From NCBI GenBank assembly GCA_963815495.1, contig CAWFGW010000007.1, positions 129,531-193,530 of the forward strand: a stretch of DNA of 64,000 nt, read 5' to 3'. The notes under the pieces were generated by a model. The model worked only from the letters and a program-made list of their open reading frames with translations, was not told where the DNA came from and did no database searches. The translations under genes were made by a program, and so were the position numbers. The DNA comes from an uncultured Cytophagales bacterium. Lineage in GTDB: Bacteria > Bacteroidota > Bacteroidia > Cytophagales > JAAEPT01. Below are positions 59,826 through 64,000 of the stretch, one piece after another (the stretch's first letter is position 1; each line of letters opens with the position of its first letter).

Positions 59826-59858
59826 AATCCTCGAGGATTTTAAAACACTCGGAGGATT
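59826..59858. repeat. REP-like palindrome A (imperfect)
   Basis: AATCCTCGAGGATTTTAAAACACTCGGAGGATT. It lies 17 nt upstream of the cas1 ATG. Confidence 0.8.
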
Positions 59859-59875
59859 GTCAACTAGTTAAAGCT

Positions 59876-60769
59876 ATGATAAAACGAACGCTACTCTTTG
59901 GAAACCCTGCTTACCTCAGCACAAAAAACGAACAATTAGTTGTTAAGTATCCTGATGAAGCGCTTGATACTAAAACAGTAGCCATTGAAGACATTGGCGT
60001 ATTGTTATTAGAAGATCCTCAAATTACTATCACCACGGGGTTGATTGACAAACTCACCGCCAACCAAACAGCCATTATCACCTGCGACCGTAACCACATG
60101 CCAACAGGCTTGTTGATGCCGCTTAGCGGACATAGTGAACAACAAGAACGGTTTAGGGCACAACTAAGCGCCAGCGAACCGTTGAGAAAAAACCTATGGC
60201 AACAGACGGTACAGTCAAAAATTAAAAACCAAGCGTTACACCTCAAAGAACGAGGCACGGCTATCGACAATATGCTGCATTGGGTAAAAAGCGTGACCTC
60301 AGGCGATACCCAAAACCATGAAGCACGGGCGGCTGCTTATTACTGGCAACAGTTGTTTGATTTACCGCACTTCAACCGACATGCAGGAGGCGAAGCGCCC
60401 AACAACTTACTGAACTATGGTTACGCTATCTTAAGAGCTGTTTGCTCGCGAGCATTAGTGAGCAGTGGTTTACTTCCCCTACTCGGCATTCATCACAAAA
60501 ATAAATACAACGCCTACTGCCTGGCCGATGACATCATGGAACCTTACCGACCTTATGTTGACCTGGTGGTGTGCCACATCGTGGACAACTTGGGCGATTA
60601 CGAAACATTAACGACTGACTTAAAAAAAGAACTGTTACAAATACCGGTGTTGGATGTGATGATTGACGGCAAAAAAAGTCCGTTGATGGTGGCGATGAGT
60701 CGCACCACCAGTTCGCTGTACGATTGTTTTGCTGGCAATAGTCGGAAAATCAGCTATCCAGAGTTTTAG
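59876..60769 (+). CDS. cas1: Cas1 integrase (type II)
   Basis: 297 aa with NLLNYGYAILR...GIHH...ADDIMEPYRP motifs. Confidence 0.95.
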   Translation: MIKRTLLFGNPAYLSTKNEQLVVKYPDEALDTKTVAIEDIGVLLLEDPQITITTGLIDKLTANQTAIITCDRNHMPTGLLMPLSGHSEQQERFRAQLSASEPLRKNLWQQTVQSKIKNQALHLKERGTAIDNMLHWVKSVTSGDTQNHEARAAAYYWQQLFDLPHFNRHAGGEAPNNLLNYGYAILRAVCSRALVSSGLLPLLGIHHKNKYNAYCLADDIMEPYRPYVDLVVCHIVDNLGDYETLTTDLKKELLQIPVLDVMIDGKKSPLMVAMSRTTSSLYDCFAGNSRKISYPEF

Positions 60770-60774
60770 ACTAC

Positions 60775-60807
60775 AATCCTCGGAGGTTTTGAAAACCTCC
60801 GAGGATT
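60775..60807. repeat. REP-like palindrome B (perfect 16-bp arms)
   Basis: AATCCTCGGAGGTTTT-G-AAAACCTCCGAGGATT, located between the cas1 stop and the cas2 start. Confidence 0.9.
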
Positions 60808-60827
60808 AAAACGATTACAAACACTAA

Positions 60828-61184
<357 letters not shown>

Positions 61185-61255
61185 AAAAGCGGTTTGTTTT
61201 TTAATTCCAATTAATAAAGTAATTCACAGAATACCAACCAATTAGCTTGGGGTAT

Positions 61256-63048
61256 CCTGTGAATTATCACTTAAGATAAGTGTTTGAAAGCAATTCACAA
61301 CCATGGTTAGTGAGAAGGTTCAATTCCTTCTCCTGTGAATTATCACTTAAGATAAGTGTTTGAAAGCAATTCACAACGAACTGACATAAAACGCAAACGT
61401 AAATTATCCTGTGAATTATCACTTAAGATAAGTGTTTGAAAGCAATTCACAACTATTAGTTCCGCATCCTGTTTTGATACCTCCCTGTGAATTATCACTT
61501 AAGATAAGTGTTTGAAAGCAATTCACAACTGATTGCCACATCTTCAACTAGCCCATAGGCCTGTGAATTATCACTTAAGATAAGTGTTTGAAAGCAATTC
61601 ACAACTTGTAAGTTGGTGTTCTTTCGTTTTCTAAACCTGTGAATTATCACTTAAGATAAGTGTTTGAAAGCAATTCACAACATCAGACAAGAGATACCTT
61701 TTTTTATTCTACCTGTGAATTATCACTTAAGATAAGTGTTTGAAAGCAATTCACAACCTTCAAGCCTTTCAATTCTTCTTGATTCCCCCTGTGAATTATC
61801 ACTTAAGATAAGTGTTTGAAAGCAATTCACAACGGAAAAGGTAAATGGTTAAAATTATACAGACCTGTGAATTATCACTTAAGATAAGTGTTTGAAAGCA
61901 ATTCACAACGGCTCACCAAGAGCTTCACCAGCCCATTCGCCTGTGAATTATCACTTAAGATAAGTGTTTGAAAGCAATTCACAACACCTTTAGTTGCACC
62001 CACGTAGTACAAGCCCCTGTGAATTATCACTTAAGATAAGTGTTTGAAAGCAATTCACAACAGTAAAATAGGTGTGCAGATAATCGCTATTCCTGTGAAT
62101 TATCACTTAAGATAAGTGTTTGAAAGCAATTCACAACAGATTTTGCCTTTTCTATTTCTAAAAGCAACCTGTGAATTATCACTTAAGATAAGTTTTTGAA
62201 AGCAATTCACAACTACCTCATAAGCTGGTAAATAAAGCCCTTTCCTGTGAATTATCACTTAAGATAAGTGTTTGAAAGCAATTCACAACGGGTTTTAGAT
62301 AGTTCAAACAATCGTATATCCTGTGAATTATCACTTAAGATAAGTGTTTGAAAGCAATTCACAACTTCAATGGAGTAAAGGGAACATCTCAGGGGCCTGT
62401 GAATTATCACTTAAGATAAGTGTTTGAAAGCAATTCACAACGAGCCTCTTCCAATTCAGAAGATTTGATTTCCTGTGAATTATCACTTAAGATAAGTGTT
62501 TGAAAGCAATTCACAACCTAGTTCGTGAGGTAGTTTAAAACTATTCTCCTGTGAATTATCACTTAAGATAAGTGTTTGAAAGCAATTCACAACTAAGGAG
62601 TTAGGGTTTCATTATGCTTGTTTCCTGTGAATTATCACTTAAGATAAGTGTTTGAAAGCAATTCACAACTACTTCATCTACAAACTTCAACTCCTTAGCC
62701 CTGTGAATTATCACTTAAGATAAGTGTTTGAAAGCAATTCACAACTGGAACAGCAACCGTAACTATTGATGGAAGCCTGTGAATTATCACTTAAGATAAG
62801 TGTTTGAAAGCAATTCACAACGATAGATATCACATTGATAGGGGTAATTTACCTGTGAATTATCACTTAAGATAAGTGTTTGAAAGCAATTCACAACCCG
62901 TGATAATACCATCAATCCTTGAACGGCCTGTGAATTATCACTTAAGATAAGTGTTTGAAAGCAATTCACAACTAGGAGAAGAAACAAAACGATTGTTATT
63001 CTCCTGTGAATTATCACTTAAGATAAGTGTTTGAAAGCAATTCACAAC
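61256..63048 (-). CRISPR. CRISPR array: 24 repeats of 46 bp and 23 spacers (22 x 30 bp, one 29 bp), transcribed on the minus strand
   Basis: + strand repeat CCTGTGAATTATCACTTAAGATAAGTGTTTGAAAGCAATTCACAAC. The crRNA-sense repeat is GTTGTGAATTGCTTTCAAACACTTATCTTAAGTGATAATTCACAGG. Period 76 bp. Orientation is fixed by complementarity to the terminator-bearing tracrRNA. Confidence 0.97.
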
Positions 63049-63071
63049 TTTTAACCCTCGGAGGGTTAAAA
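63049..63071. repeat. REP-like palindrome C
   Basis: TTTTAACCCTC-G-GAGGGTTAAAA. It starts at the base immediately after the last CRISPR repeat. Confidence 0.85.
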
Positions 63072-63079
63072 ATTAAGGT

Positions 63080-63682
63080 TTAAAACTCAAATAAACCCTC
63101 ATTAATTGTGATATTGTTATGAAAGTCCAACAATGCTTGTTTGTTACCAAACCACTCCTGGAGGTACATTCGATTGATCTTCGTGGGTTTTTCGAGGCAA
63201 TAAGCATGGATAGAAGAATGTTTCCAGTCGAGTAAGTTGCAACAAAACCCGTGTTTTACTGGGTTTAAGTGTATGTAAGCTATAAGTCTGGTAAAGTAAG
63301 TCTCATCCTGTACCGGTTTGCGTTTAAACCGATGCATAAAAAGACTGCCTTTTCTATCATACATCTCATTATAGGCTTTTGAGTAAGCATTAAAAAAGTT
63401 ACTAAATTGTTTTGATACTAGACCTCCGAGGTTTTCAAAACCTCGGAGGTCTTTACCTTTTAAATATTCAAACAACACGTCCTCACTCCTTATCCTCACC
63501 ATTAGATGAAAATGATTAGGCAACAAACAATACGCATAAGTATCGGCTAGAGGATAGATGTAGTCAGCATATTTACGAAGAAAATAACGATAGTTTTCAT
63601 CGTTTCTAAATAGATTTTCGCTACCATTGGCATGATTGTAAATGTGGAAAACAGTGTCTGGTAAAAGTGGTTCTAAATACAT
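63080..63682 (-). CDS. REP-associated tyrosine transposase (RAYT) / IS200-like Y1 HUH transposase
   Basis: HUH motif PNHFHLMV and catalytic-Tyr motif AYIHLNPVKHG, in a 200-aa protein. Confidence 0.8.
   Translation of the reverse strand: MYLEPLLPDTVFHIYNHANGSENLFRNDENYRYFLRKYADYIYPLADTYAYCLLPNHFHLMVRIRSEDVLFEYLKGKDLRGFENLGGLVSKQFSNFFNAYSKAYNEMYDRKGSLFMHRFKRKPVQDETYFTRLIAYIHLNPVKHGFCCNLLDWKHSSIHAYCLEKPTKINRMYLQEWFGNKQALLDFHNNITINEGLFEF
63420..63452. repeat. REP-like palindrome D, in frame inside the RAYT ORF
   Basis: AGACCTCCGAGGTTTT-C-AAAACCTCGGAGGTCT, which encodes KDLRGFENLGGL. Confidence 0.9.
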
Positions 63683-63697
63683 AGCTGGTTTATTTTA

Positions 63698-63714
63698 TTA
63701 ACCCTCAGAGGGTG
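63698..63714. repeat. REP-like palindrome E
   Basis: TTAACCCTC-A-GAGGGTG. It lies 16 bp upstream of the RAYT ATG. Confidence 0.7.
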
Positions 63715-63746
63715 TGAATAGAAAACTAAAAATCTTATTATTATTC

Positions 63747-64000
63747 TCAAATGCTAAGTGGTCTTTTACTGGTCAAAAAGGTTTTAAATGCTTCGCTTTT
63801 TAATACGGTTATTTGATCGATGAGCCCTAACACAAACCGCCCCACTCCTGCAAACTGACTTACCTTGCAACGTAATACATACATTTTTTTATCTTCATCA
63901 ACCAACGACAGGTAATTGATGGCCAACGGAAACTCTTTTATCAACAAAAGATACGCTTGAAAAGAGAGTTCTAATTCAATCGGTAAATCAGGTGTTCCAG
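63747..64000 (-). CDS. C-terminal end of a WYL/YafY-like transcriptional regulator (5' part outside window)
   Basis: The frame is open to the window edge (...GTPDLPIELELSFQAYLLLIKEFPLAINYLS...FAGVGRFVLGLIDQITVLKSEAFKTFL). It resembles the WCX C-terminal extension of WYL regulators. The assignment is tentative. Confidence 0.35.
   Translation of the reverse strand, partial: GTPDLPIELELSFQAYLLLIKEFPLAINYLSLVDEDKKMYVLRCKVSQFAGVGRFVLGLIDQITVLKSEAFKTFLTSKRPLSI

Larger units (their letters stand above)
63049..63716 (-). mobile_element. RAYT unit: HUH/Y1 transposase gene bracketed by two short REP-like palindromes
   Basis: Palindromes C (63049-63071) and E (63698-63714) share TTAACCCTC-N-GAGGGT and flank the 200-aa ORF. 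Confidence 0.65.

Noticed and set aside
61302-63002. Self-targeting spacers against this window (e.g. against the RAYT, the defence island or the EPS genes)
   Set aside because: I compared the 23 spacers by eye with conspicuous parts of the window and saw no match. This is not exhaustive and says nothing about the rest of the genome.
62787-63017. 76-aa minus-strand ORF inside the CRISPR array
   Set aside because: Its sequence is just the translated repeat (VVNCFQTLILSDNSQ recurs) joined by spacers. It is an artefact of the periodic array.
61256-63048. Plus-strand orientation of the array (repeat read as CCTGTGAATT...), co-directional with cas genes
   Set aside because: The terminator-bearing tracrRNA anti-repeat has the same sense as the plus-strand repeat. 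Only minus-strand crRNAs can pair with it.

Overview
Low-GC chromosomal segment that looks like Bacteroidota (Flavobacteriia-like), judged from a T9SS C-terminal sorting domain, TAnnTTTG-type promoter boxes, a long Cas9 and 46-nt GTTGTG repeats. I cannot name the species from sequence alone. Layout: (1) 1-6.1 kb, the 5' part of putA plus housekeeping and membrane genes. (2) 6.2-15.2 kb, a defence/toxin-antitoxin island ending at tRNA-Thr. It holds HipBA, a decayed FRG gene, a relic of an R-M methylase tail, a translationally coupled MazG + GIY-YIG/DUF2075-helicase/S24-peptidase cassette, three orphan small genes and AbiEi/AbiEii. (3) 15.4-39.5 kb, core genes (DUF349, algH, pdxH, SDR, otsAB fusion, nadB-nadA, typA, pgm, menC, an OmpA-family gene, DUF1573). 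About half of them carry frameshifts or in-frame stops while their neighbours are intact. (4) 39.6-52.3 kb, trpS and an exopolysaccharide locus with a priming phosphotransferase, four GT4 glycosyltransferases, a sulfotransferase, a Wzy-like polymerase and a 1056-aa Fn3-array T9SS protein. (5) priA. (6) 55.0-63.1 kb, a complete type II-C CRISPR-Cas9 locus: a divergent tracrRNA that I found by anti-repeat matching, cas9, cas1, cas2, and 24 x 46-bp repeats with 23 spacers. The array is transcribed antisense to the cas operon. REP-like palindromes are scattered through the locus, a decayed RAYT fragment sits between cas9 and cas1, and an intact RAYT (HUH/Y1 transposase) plus a WYL-like regulator fragment flank the array. 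The best candidates for something new are the MazG/nuclease-helicase-S24 cassette and the REP/RAYT colonisation of the cas9 locus. All family assignments come from motif recognition by eye; no database search was possible.
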